Source: Octopus sinensis
Taxonomy: Eukaryota
Length of the DNA stretch: 19,895 nucleotides
Assembly: GCF_006345805.1 (NCBI RefSeq)
Contig: NW_021824368.1
Span: forward strand, 1-19,895
Direction: 5' to 3'
Numbering within the stretch: the stretch's first letter is position 1; each line of letters begins with the position of its first letter. The position numbers and the translations under genes are program-made. Positions 1 through 9,662 of this stretch are shown here, piece by piece. The notes below the pieces were generated by a model. The model worked only from the letters and a program-made list of their open reading frames with translations. It was not told where the DNA came from and made no database searches.

Positions 1-11
1 TTATTAACTTC

Positions 12-150
12 CCCAGTACTCAACCACGGTATCTATTTTATCGACCCCGAAGGGATGAAAGGCAAAGTAGATCCCGGCGGAATTTGAGCCTTGAACGTAA
101 AGACGGACGAAACGGCGCTAAGCATTTCGTCCGGCGTGCTAACGATTCTG
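12..150 (-). mobile_element. SINE family A fragment (tRNA-derived, Pol III A/B-box head)
   Basis: Reverse complement matches the repeat at 5101-5331: cagaatcgttagcacgccggacgaaatgcttagcg...ttcaaggctcaaattccgccggg...tttgcctttcatcccttcggggtcgataaa. Confidence 0.85.
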
Positions 151-289
151 TTGTCCTAACATTGAGTTATATCAACAATTAGATACGATGAAGCTTTTAA
201 AAGAGTAAAAAAAAGAAAAAAAAAAAAAAGGAAATAGCAAGGAAGAAGCTTTTCTTCTAATTTTCTTTTTTTCATTTTCTGTTATTGTG

Positions 290-949
290 CAGGTGAGATT
301 ATTCGTCACTGGTTTTCCTGGTGAGAACTTGAACTATATTTTAAGCTGCTTTGTGTATATAGGTTCTTAAAGTTACGGTTCAACTTCTGATTAGTTGTAG
401 ATTTAATGACGTCACATGTCTTTGTCCGCTTGTGGTCCAATATTTTGGCCGACCGACTTACATAACTTGTCACTTGATTTAATTTTGATCTCCTGGTTAC
501 AGAAGAGCAGCGCTCCGGTTGGTTGATTTCCTGATCACAGAAGAGCAGCGCTCCGGTTGGTTGATTTCCTGGTCACATCATTTGTTAATCGACAGTTTTG
601 TGCGTGGTTTTTTTTTTTTTTACTAGTAGAGGTCTCGTCCTTTGGTTGGTTGATTTTCTGCACGCGTCATGTACTTTGTCAAAGGTTCTCTTAGCTTGAT
701 TTCGTCCGACGCTCGATCAGCTTTCTCGTTGGTTGAATCCCATAAGAAGTCACAGGTCTCGCCCAGCTCCCTGAATATTTGGGTTTTTTTCTGACGGTCC
801 GGTTTTCACCAGAAAAAAATCCAATTCGTTAAGTCTAGGGTGGCGTCAGCAACTGTCATTCGAGTAGTTGCCAGGTGTTATTATACAGTAGTTGGAGTAA
901 GGGTTTCGAATACCGGAGGCAGCCCTAACTTAAAACTCTTCCTTTATGT
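290..949 (-). mobile_element. 3' UTR / pseudo-LTR-like region of PLE relic 1
   Basis: Lies directly downstream (minus strand) of the GIY-YIG relic. It has TGACGTCA at 407-414, repeated ggttggttgatt motifs and a tandem duplication, the same design as the terminal repeat of PLE relic 2. Boundaries are approximate. Confidence 0.55.
491..577. repeat. 38-bp tandem repeat, ~2.3 copies
   Basis: tcctg(g/a)t(t/c)acagaagagcagcgctccggttggttgatt at 491-528 and 529-566, partial copy from 567. Confidence 0.95.
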
Positions 950-1660
950 TTAAGGTTTCTTGTTTTTCGTGAATATATTGAGTTGTGGTTTATATTTCTT
1001 AAAGGCGCGTGGCTTAGTGGTTAGGGCATTCGGCGCGCGATCGCAAGGTCGTGAGTTCGATTCCCGGCGACGCGTTGAGTCATCGAGCAAGACACTTTAT
1101 TTCCAGTTGCTCCAGTCCACTCAGCTGGCAAGAACGAGTAGTACGTGTATTTCAAAGGGCCAGCCGTGTCACACTCTGTGTCACGCTGAATCTCATTGAA
1201 ATCTACGTTAAGGGTCCACGTGTCTGTGGAGTGCTCAGCCATTTGCAAGTTAATTTCACGAGCAAGCTGTTCCGTTCATCGTATCAGCTGGGATCCTCGT
1301 CGTCGTAACCGACGGAATAATCCTTTCATATTTCTTAACATATTTTCCTTATTCAATCGGAATAAGGCTGAAGTGATAATAGGGGGACAATTTGGTATTT
1401 TGGATATTTGTTCGCGGAGCAGAGCTCTTAGTGTTTACTTACGGGAATTTTCTGGTAGTGGGGTCCCGAATCTGTTGCCGGTGCACCGTCATGTCATTCT
1501 GTCCCTCAGAGTAAGCCCGTTTGACCTATGTAATCCCCAACACATCCACCGCATTGGGAATATAAATTTCTCGATGCACAAGTGAAATGATTTTTTTCTA
1601 TGCTGAATGTTTTACCTGATTTGAATTTATATGTTGGAGGTAAATTCCGCAATTAGAGAA
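950..1660 (-). pseudogene. Penelope-like retroelement relic 1: Cys linker plus GIY-YIG endonuclease, frameshifted and interrupted by a SINE
   Basis: Manual minus-strand translation with frameshifts: SNCGI..YKFKSGKTFSI..FTCASRNL.Y..QCGGCVGDYIGQTG..LRDRM..VHRQQIRDPTTRKFPVSKH..LCSANKYPKYQIVP...RLNKENM..KKY[SINE]KPQLN. YIG codons at 1524-1532. Colinear with the ORF at 15401-15661. Confidence 0.8.
1004..1327 (+). mobile_element. tRNA-derived SINE family C, full length with TSD
   Basis: A box tggcttagtgg 1010-1020, B box gagttcgattccc 1053-1065, then a gagcaagacacttta body. 11-bp TSD atatttcttaa at 992-1002 and 1328-1338. Confidence 0.85.
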
Positions 1661-1930
1661 ATAAAACAAAGAATAAAAATGCTTAGTTCATTACAGAAAA
1701 CGTTTGGAACTTATCAATGGGGCGTTAATTCATTCACCATTTCCTGTTAAGATTATCGTAGTGAAATTTTGCTTCTTTATTAGGACTATGCTAAATGATT
1801 CGGTTGTTGAGAAGAAATTCTCTTGTAAACACATTATATTTCGTTATTTCGTTCATTGAAACTGCGATCATTGGAGCCTTTTACCTATGAAGGGGAATAA
1901 AAAAATAAAATGAATGGTTGCGGCTCACGA

Positions 1931-2037
1931 CAATAACAACAATAACAACTACACCACTACCGCCACCACCGCCACCACCGCCACCATCAGTCACACCGCC
2001 GCCGCCGCCACCACCGCCGCCGCCACCACCGCCACTT
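1931..2037. repeat. Compound trinucleotide tract (ACA to ACC/GCC)
   Basis: caacaataacaac...accaccgccaccaccgcc...gccgccgcc visible directly. Confidence 0.9.
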
Positions 2038-2126
2038 CTAGTGTATCATTGTAAATAAGCTATTTTTTACTTAATAGTCAATTAAATCGAGACAAGGTCA
2101 AAGTAAATGCACCAGGGGGTGCGAGT

Positions 2127-2136
2127 GTATATATAA

Positions 2137-2167
<31 letters not shown>

Positions 2168-2187
2168 ATATAATATAAATAATATAT

Positions 2188-2234
<47 letters not shown>

Positions 2235-2330
2235 ATATATCATAGGCAATATATAAATATATATATACATACCTACATATATATGTATATATACATACCT
2301 GCATATATGTGTATGTATGCATGTATATAT
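2127..2330. repeat. Degenerate (TA)n/(TATG)n microsatellite
   Basis: Direct inspection. Confidence 0.9.
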
Positions 2331-2672
2331 GGGTACAGGACACCACAAATAAACGTAGAACACAACGAGAAACGAAAACATAAAAACAAAAACATAGAAA
2401 CGAACTTTTTCTCCGAACAACGAAAAATAAACAAACAAACAGAGAAAGGAGACATACAACATGAAGAATATTCCCCTTCTTCAGTTGTCCCTGTTTCATC
2501 TACTCCGCGTTTTCGAAGGCAGGGACAAATATATACATATATATATTTATATATAATTCCAATTAAAAGTTAGAGATTGTGAATCCAACCCACTAAGGGA
2601 TAGTATCTATCCAATATACTGCTGGTAGAATACCCAATTATTAATACACAAGTATTTTTTATTGCATGGCAA

Positions 2673-2750
<78 letters not shown>
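2673..2750. repeat. (TATC)n microsatellite
   Basis: Perfect tetranucleotide run. Confidence 0.97.
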
Positions 2751-2751
<1 letters not shown>

Positions 2752-2757
2752 ATACTT

Positions 2758-2915
2758 GACGGGTTTCTTTCAGTTTCCGTCTACCAAATCCACTCACAAG
2801 GCTTTCATCGGACTGAGGCTATAGTAGAAGACACTTACCCAAGGTGCCACACAATGGGACTGAACCTGGAACCATGTGGTTGGGAAGAAAGCTTCTTACC
2901 ATACAGCCACTCCTG
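2758..2915 (-). mobile_element. SINE family B, 5' (tRNA-head) half
   Basis: Reverse complement matches 6010-6170: caggagtggctgtatggtaagaagct...ggttccaggttcagtccca...ccttgggtaagtgtcttctactatagcc...gtggatttggtagacggaaactgaaagaa. Confidence 0.9.
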
Positions 2916-3589
2916 AGCATATTTCTTTTATCACTCGTACCTTTCTGCTTTATGCTATCATCTGGTCCTTGTAGACTTTGCAACTAAAACTTCACAAAAC
3001 GATAATGTTATTCTTATCTCCCAATACCTTTGGACTACTTTTTACTTAACAACTCGGGGGTCATATAATTTATGTTTTTTCATCAGCACAGCTGAATTCC
3101 AAAATTCCAAAATTCCAAAATTAGAACATCTCTAAAATTTGAAAGCTTTTTTTTTTTATTTGAATGCAGACACGACAGGCCACGAATGAAAAAAAAAATC
3201 ATTCAAATTGCTGGGAATGTTTTGGGGATCGTAAGCTCAAAACGTTATCTTTACGCGAGACTTGAATTTCACCCTCACGTATAAATGTAACATGACGAGT
3301 TTCATTATTTGTGCATTACTTTAGAAAATAAAATGCTGATTTTTTTTTGGAGTTTTTCATTTCATTTACTTGTCATCCTGTTCAATGCTTTTATCCCCTA
3401 CATGAAACGTAATACCTGTAGGACAAACAATAAAATGCAAATGGCGGCCTTGCATTGAAACCGGATGTGCATTTAATCAAAATATGACATATTATGTGGA
3501 AACTGATATCTTGGAAACTTCTAATGATATTATGTATAAAGCATTATTAAAAATTTATAAGACATTACATTCAAAGTATATGTATGTAT

Positions 3590-3679
3590 TTCTTTATTGC
3601 CCACAGGGGGCTAAACATAGAGGGGACAAACAAAGAGATTAAATCGATTACATCGTCCCCAGTGCGTAACTGGTACTTT
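3590..3679 (-). mobile_element. SINE family A, 5'-truncated 3' fragment
   Basis: Reverse complement: aagtaccagttacgcactgggg...atcgatttaatc...tttgtttgtcccctctatgtttagccccctgtgggcaataaagaaa, same tail as 12650-12750. Confidence 0.85.
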
Positions 3680-3686
3680 ACATATA

Positions 3687-3811
3687 TACTTTATTTAAAA
3701 GCAGCAGAAATATAACAGAGGCTGTTACTCAGAGTTTCACGTTCCCGTTCGTCGGACAGTTTTGTTAACAAAACAGCTTTTGTTATATTTCTGCTGCGTT
3801 TAAATAAAGCA
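3687..3811 (-). mobile_element. Hairpin mini-element: 40-bp inverted arms enclosing a hammerhead motif
   Basis: Arms 3687-3726 and 3772-3811 are 36/40 complementary. The HHR core lies between them. Confidence 0.8.
3722..3759 (-). ncRNA. Minimal type I hammerhead ribozyme motif, CCGACGA core variant
   Basis: Minus strand: CUGU (stem I) CCGACGA ACG-GGAA-CGU (stem II, GNRA loop) GAA ACUC-U-GAGU (stem III) A ACAG (stem I'). Predicted GUA cleavage between 3726 and 3725. Confidence 0.75.
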
Positions 3812-3880
3812 TATTACTCTACCTCTGGTATTTGAGTACTCTTTTTTCCACCTTGTTTCACATTTACGTGCTTACTCCGA

Positions 3881-4041
3881 TGTGGCTGTGTGGTAAGTAG
3901 CTTGCTAACCAACCACATGGCTCCGGGTTCAGTCCCACTGCGTGGCATCTTGGGCAAGTGTCTTCTGCTATAGCCCCGGGCCGACCAATGCCTTGTGAGT
4001 GGATTTGGTAGACGGAAACTGAAAGAAGCCTGTCATATATG

Positions 4042-4074
<33 letters not shown>

Positions 4075-4258
4075 TTTTCCCCCTAGCATTGCTTGACAAC
4101 CGATGTTGGTGTGTTTACGTCCCCGTCACCTAGCGGTTCGGCAAAAGAGACCAATAGAATAAGTACTGGGCTTCCAAAGAATAAGTCCTGGGGTAGATTT
4201 GCTCGACTAAAGGCGGTGCTCCAGCATGGCCGCAGTCAAATGACTGAAACACAAGAGT
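3881..4258 (+). mobile_element. SINE family B, near full length (tRNA head, internal microsatellite, 3' half)
   Basis: tggctgtgtggtaag (A box), gggttcagtccc (B box), cttgggcaagtgtc body, (TA)(TG) spacer, then ttagcggttcggcaaaagagacc...gtcaaatgactgaaac. Confidence 0.9.
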
Positions 4259-4333
4259 AATATATATATATATATATATTATATAGTATATATATATATA
4301 TATATCATATATATATATTGCCAGTTAGTGATT

Positions 4334-4470
4334 ATTTCCTCATATATACCATCGGGTGGCCTCGTTCCTACATTCTTGGTTTATTTGCTATCAATGTTTT
4401 CGTCACGAAAACAGTTATAGCAAATAAACAAGAATGTAGGAACGAGGCCACCCGCAATGGTGCAGGAAAT
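4334..4470. repeat. Near-perfect palindrome embedded in (TA)n
   Basis: Arms 4353-4403 and 4405-4454 differ by 1 indel and 2 mismatches around a single central C (4404). Weaker pairing extends out to atttcct/aggaaat. (TA)n on both sides. Confidence 0.92.
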
Positions 4471-4540
4471 ATATATATATATATATGTGAGTGTGTTGTA
4501 TCTTTGTGTCTTCTGTTTTCCCTATCACCATTTAACAAGG

Positions 4541-4710
4541 TGTTGGTGTGTTTACGTCCTGTAACCTAGCGGTTCGGCAAAGTAGACGCATAATAAAAAA
4601 AGTACTAGGTTTAAGAAATAAGTCCAAGGGTCGATTTGTTCGACTGAAAACCCCCCTTCAAGGCGGTGCTCCATCATGGCCGCAGTCAAATGACAGAAAC
4701 AAGTAAAAGA
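4541..4710 (+). mobile_element. SINE family B, 3' half
   Basis: gttggtgtgtttacgtcc...tagcggttcggcaaa...aaggcggtgctccatcatggccgcagtcaaatgacagaaacaagtaaaaga. Confidence 0.85.
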
Positions 4711-5100
4711 ACTGAAAAAAAAAAGAAAAAAAAAGAAGAAAATAACAGACTTTAAATACAACGAAACTTTGAACGAATATTTCCAATCAATATTCCTAAT
4801 CAATATTCATGATCAGGATGTATGATCTCCTGGTTGCGCATTTGACTTCTGTATGACCTGCAAATATTCTCATCAGGGAGGGATTGCTCATTCTGTTAAG
4901 AGCCGCGCATAATTGCTCGTGTGTGGGATCGGTGGATGCAATTGACACCTCTTTAAAACCCCATCATTATGTCTTATCTATCAACGTAGCAACACCTGGC
5001 CTCGTAGGATGTGGCTTTTACGTAGAATGAACGACAAACCTGTGTCAAGTGGTTAAAGGGAAATCCGAAGAATCGCCAACACTCTTCCGGCATCAATCAA

Positions 5101-5675
5101 GGCGGCGAGCTGGCAGAACCGTTAGCACGCCGGGCGAAATGCTTAGCGGTATTTCGTCTGTTGTTACGCTCTGAGTTCAAATTCTGCCGAGGTCGACTTC
5201 GCCTTTCATCCTTTCGGGGTCGATAAATTAAGTACCAGTTACGCACTAAGGTCGATGTAATCGACTTAATCCGTTTGTCTGTCCTTGTTTGTCCTCTCTG
5301 TGTTTAGCCTCTTGTGGGTAGTAAAGAAATAGGTATTTCGTCTGCCGTTACGTTCTGAGTTTAAATTCTGCCGAGGTCGACTTTGCCTTTCATCCTTTCG
5401 GAGTCGATAAATTTAGTACCAGTTACGCACTAGTAATCGACTTAATCCGTTTGTCTGTCCTTGTTTGTCCTCTCTGTGTTTAGCCCCTTGTGGGTAGTAA
5501 AGAAATAGGTATTTCGTCTGCCGCTACGTTCTGAGTTCAAATTCCGCTGAGGTCGACTTTGCCTTTCATCCTTTCGGAGTCGATAAATTAAGTACCAGTT
5601 GCGTACTTGGGTCGATCTAATCGACTGGCCCCCTCCCACAAAAATTTCGGGCCTTGTGCCTAGAGTTGAAAAGAA
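5101..5675 (+). mobile_element. SINE family A trimer (head plus two tandem headless units)
   Basis: Head ggcggcgagctggcagaaccgttagc, B box gagttcaaattc. Units restart at ggtatttcgtc (5332, 5508) after the tail gtagtaaagaaata. The last unit has the alternative tail ggccttgtgcctagag. Confidence 0.92.
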
Positions 5676-5850
5676 CATTCACCCGGCGTCAACGCTAAGT
5701 GTTTTTTTCGTTTGTTTTTCTTATATCTTTTATTTTCTGTCTTTTATATTTTATTTGTTTCACTTATTAGACTGCGCCCATGCTAGCGCAACGCCTTGAA
5801 TTTTTTTTCTGGAATGAATCGTTTGCTTTTATTCTTTTTTTTTTTAAACC

Positions 5851-5882
5851 TATATATACATACATATATATATATATATGAT

Positions 5883-5918
<36 letters not shown>

Positions 5919-5932
5919 ATATATATATATAT

Positions 5933-5965
<33 letters not shown>

Positions 5966-5968
5966 ACA

Positions 5969-6009
<41 letters not shown>
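5851..6009. repeat. (TA)n/(CA)n compound microsatellite
   Basis: Direct inspection. Confidence 0.95.
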
Positions 6010-6011
<2 letters not shown>

Positions 6012-6171
6012 CGCAGGAGTCGCTGTGTGCTAAGTAGCTTGCTTACGAACCACAGGTTCCGGGTTCAGTCCCACTTCAGGCACCTTGGGCAAATGTCTTC
6101 TACTATAACCTCGGGCCGACCAAAGCCTTGTAAGTGGGTTTGGTAGACGGAAATCGAAACGAAGCCCGTCG

Positions 6172-6203
<32 letters not shown>

Positions 6204-6428
6204 ATCTATATATATATATATATATTTATATTTCCCCCCAACATCGCTTAACAACCGATGCTGGTGTGTGCCCGTCCCCGTAAGCTAGCGGTTCGACAAA
6301 ACAGACCGATAGAATAAGTACTAGGCTTACAAAGAATAAGTCCTGCGGGGGGGGGGGGGCTCCGTTTGCTCGACTAAAGGCGGTGCTCCGGCGTGGCCAC
6401 AGTCAAATGACTGAAACAAGTACAAGAG
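6010..6428 (+). mobile_element. SINE family B, full length
   Basis: ggcgcaggagtcgctgtgtgctaag...gggttcagtccc...(TA)n...gctggtgtgtg...gtcaaatgactgaaacaagtacaagag. Confidence 0.92.
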
Positions 6429-6889
6429 TCAAGCTATTATACGTTAATGCGAGAAAAACAGAATTTTGAAAGAAGTTTCTATAAAACTAGTTTTTACACA
6501 TCAACAGGTTAATGAGGAGGTCCACCAGAACAAAGTAGTAACCGAAAGGGGTCCATAACAGACAACAAATAGTCGAGAACACCCGATACGGAAGACGCGA
6601 GACAGCAGACCACTTATATTCAGTGAATTTTATAATTCTTCGTCGTAAAGAAGCACATTATTTTCTTCTTTCACTTCACCGAGTCTACGTGTCTCAACGC
6701 AATGGAATTACCCGGAAGTTTAGTCATAAATACATTGGTTAGATCTGTGAATCCCCAACCGCTTTCGCCTTAAAGACCGGTTTCGTTCAAAACAGTTTTT
6801 CCATGGACTGAGGATGGTGGTGTTGGCGGTGGTGGCGGTAGGGGTCACACGCATATCGAAACGCACTAAAGCGCGCATAATATATCATT

Positions 6890-7035
6890 TAGGGTGTGGA
6901 GCAAGAAACTTGCTTGCCAACCACGTGGTTCCAGGTTCAGTGCCATTGCGTGGTACCCTGGGCAAGTGCCTCGGGTCGACCAAACCCTTGTGAGTGGATT
7001 TGTTAGACGAAATATGAAAGAAGCCCGTCGTATAT
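6890..7035 (+). mobile_element. SINE family B, 5' half
   Basis: Diverged head and body ending gaaagaagcccgtcgtatat, followed by a long microsatellite (7036-7380). Confidence 0.85.
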
Positions 7036-7095
7036 CGTATATATACATATATACACACACACAACACACACACACACCACACACATATATATATA

Positions 7096-7135
<40 letters not shown>

Positions 7136-7301
7136 TATATACACTATATACTTATACATATAATGTGTATACATATATGTTATATATATGTATACATATG
7201 TGTGTATATATATATATATATGTGTATATATATATGTAATTGTAAAATGCGTGAAATCCTTGGTACAGTTAGGTGCACACACGGGTACATAATTACACAC
7301 A

Positions 7302-7363
<62 letters not shown>

Positions 7364-7421
7364 CACAAACATGTATATATAATGCAGAAACAATCTGCAG
7401 TCTGTGGTAGTCAATAAAGCA

Positions 7422-7843
7422 TCTTTTACTCCTTTCGCGCGTTTGACTGTGGCCATGCTGGGGCACTGCATTGAAAGGTTTTAGTCGAATGAATCGATCA
7501 CAGAACCACCCCTTTTTTAACAGGTACTTATTCTATCAGGCCCTTTTGCCCAACCGCTAAATTTTGGGGATGTAAAGAAGTAAACAAACCAACGACGCTT
7601 GTCAAGCAGTAGGCTACAAACAAAAGCTCAAAGATAAACACATACACATGCACACACACATACACACACACATACACACACACATAGACACACATACACA
7701 CATACACACATACGCACACATACACACACAGAGACACACATACACACACAGACACACAGACACACACACACATACACACACATACACACACACACAGACA
7801 CACACACACATACACACACAGACACACATACACACACACACAC

Positions 7844-7895
<52 letters not shown>

Positions 7896-7995
7896 TCACA
7901 AATACGAACACCCACACACGCACATTCAAAGATACACACATACATTATGTATATATGTATACAAGAGGCTTCTTTCAGTTTCCGTCAACCAATCA
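7422..7995 (-). mobile_element. SINE family B, diverged, with expanded internal (CA)n tract and truncated head
   Basis: Reverse complement of the 3' half at 7422-7610, ~300 bp CA-rich spacer, then ggcttctttcagtttccgtc at ~7966-7990. Confidence 0.8.
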
Positions 7996-8103
7996 ACTAT
8001 ATATATGTACCTACCACACAATTTAAAAGACGCTGAGATGTAATGTACTCACTTAAATGATTCTCTCGTCTCTACTTCAGCCAGTACAGTGATATTTTTT
8101 TTA

Positions 8104-8146
8104 CTTGGCTGACGAGGTCATAACAGTACCGAAACATGTCCACAGT
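8104..8146 (+). ncRNA. Minimal type I hammerhead ribozyme motif, canonical core
   Basis: CUGACGA 8109-8115, stem II GGU/ACC (8116-8118/8128-8130), GAAA 8131-8134, palindromic ACAUGU 8134-8139, GUC site with C17 at 8140. Stem I (cuugg/cacag) is partly mismatched. Confidence 0.75.
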
Positions 8147-8297
8147 TGTCCTTCCCGTACTAGCTGTAATAATTAAAATAATATCAGTCATTTCATTGAC
8201 CTAATCTTGTATTTTCTCCAAAGCAAAAATAAATTTTTATCTAATTTTGCAGAGTAATCTCTAACCAATGGTTTAATCCTGTTTACATCAAATATAG

Positions 8298-8378
8298 AAA
8301 CACTAATTTGGTCGTGTGCTTTGGGAGGAGTTTGGTTGCTGAAAATAGCAGATCAAGGAATCTGGAATGACAGAAATG
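8298..8378 (+). CDS. Candidate isolated 81-nt host exon (unidentified), phase 1-1
   Basis: Non-repetitive stretch with tatag acceptor at 8297, G/GTAAAC donor at 8378/8379 and open frame (E)TLIWSCALGGVWLLKIADQGIWNDRN(G). No family recognised. Confidence 0.2.
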
Positions 8379-8592
8379 GTAAACTTATTTCTTTTAACCA
8401 TAGGCCTCATGAGACTTTAAACGCTATTATTTGCCTCGTGACTGAAAGAATAATTTAATAATAATCATATACATGGTACAGTCATTTAACCGAGTAAATC
8501 ATAAGAGTATTATTCTGTGGTTGGGACTAAAGATTATGTTACAGAAGCTTGAAGAACGGTTATTTTTGCTAATGTAATAATTTTGTAAACGT

Positions 8593-9047
8593 GGAGGCGC
8601 AATGGCCCAGTGGTTAGGGCAGCGGAGTCGCGGTCGGAGGATCGCGGTTTCGATTCCGGGTTCAGTCCCACTGCGTGGCACCTTGGGATAGTGTCCTCGA
8701 CTATAGCTTCGGGCCGACCAAACCGTTGTGAGTGGATTTGGAAGACGGAAACTGAAAGAGGCCTGTCGTATATATATACATGTGTAAGGCGGCGAGCTGA
8801 CAGAAATGTTAGCACGCCGGACGAAATGCGTAGCCGTATTTCGTCTGCCGTTACATTCTGAGTTCAAATTCCGCCGAGGTCGACTTTGCCTTTCATCCTT
8901 TCGGGGTCGATAAATTAAGTACCAGTTACGCACTGAGGTCGATGTAATCGACTTAATTCGTTTGTCTGTCCTTGTTTGTTCCCCTCTATGTTTAGCCCCT
9001 TGTGGGTAATAACGAAACGTATATATACATGTGTATGTGTATGTGTA

Positions 9048-9078
<31 letters not shown>

Positions 9079-9165
9079 TGTGTGTGTGCGTGCGTGCGTG
9101 TGTTTGTGTGTCTGTGCTCGACCCACCAGCGATGTTGGTGTGTTTACTCCCCCGAAACTTAGAGT
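8593..9165 (+). mobile_element. Chimeric SINE: foreign tRNA head fused to a family B body, hosting a nested family A copy
   Basis: ggaggcgcaatggcccagtggttaggg...ggtttcgattcc (8646-8657) runs into gggttcagtcccactgcgtgg. The B 3' half resumes after 9035. Confidence 0.8.
8787..9019 (+). mobile_element. SINE family A monomer with 16-bp TSD
   Basis: TSD tatatatacatgtgta at 8771-8786 and 9020-9035. Confidence 0.92.
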
Positions 9166-9309
9166 CCTCACTCTGAAGTTCTTGGTATTCGGAAGGGCAT
9201 CCAGCCGTAAAATCGCGGCCAAAACAGAGTAGCATAGGGTTGTCTTTTCTACCTGGCCAACTCCTGCGAACTATACTGCCCATGCATGCATGGAAGATGG
9301 GCGTTAAAC

Positions 9310-9447
<138 letters not shown>

Positions 9448-9475
9448 ATATATATATATATATGTATATATATCA

Positions 9476-9621
9476 GAAGTGGCTCTTGGATAAGAAGCTT
9501 GCTTACCAACCGTGATCAGTCCCACTGCGTGGCATCTTGAGCAAGTGTCTTCTACTATAGCCTCGGGTCAACCAAATCCTTGTGAGTGGATTTGGTAGAC
9601 GGAAACTGAAAGAAGCTTGCC

Positions 9622-9662
<41 letters not shown>

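Noticed and set aside
1004-1070. Possible tRNA genes here and at 8593-8660 and 18066-18140
   Set aside because: A and B boxes are present but no complete acceptor stem, and each continues into a SINE body or is truncated; treated as SINE heads. tRNAscan-SE would settle it.
2455-2489. Minus-strand CUGAAGA followed by a stem II-like hairpin and CAUGU
   Set aside because: GAAA is missing. It may be a decayed hammerhead but cannot be called.
3080-4876. Isolated minus-strand CUGAUGA at 3080-3086 and 4870-4876
   Set aside because: No stem II plus GAAA downstream; expected by chance.
4805-5100. Higher-complexity unique stretch that might be an exon
   Set aside because: The frames I translated by hand hit early stops, and I recognised no motif or convincing splice pair.
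6508-6559. GAGGU...ACCGAAA...GUC with flanking GUUAAUG/CAUAAC pairing
   Set aside because: No CUGA and stem III (AGGGGU) cannot pair; at most a relic.
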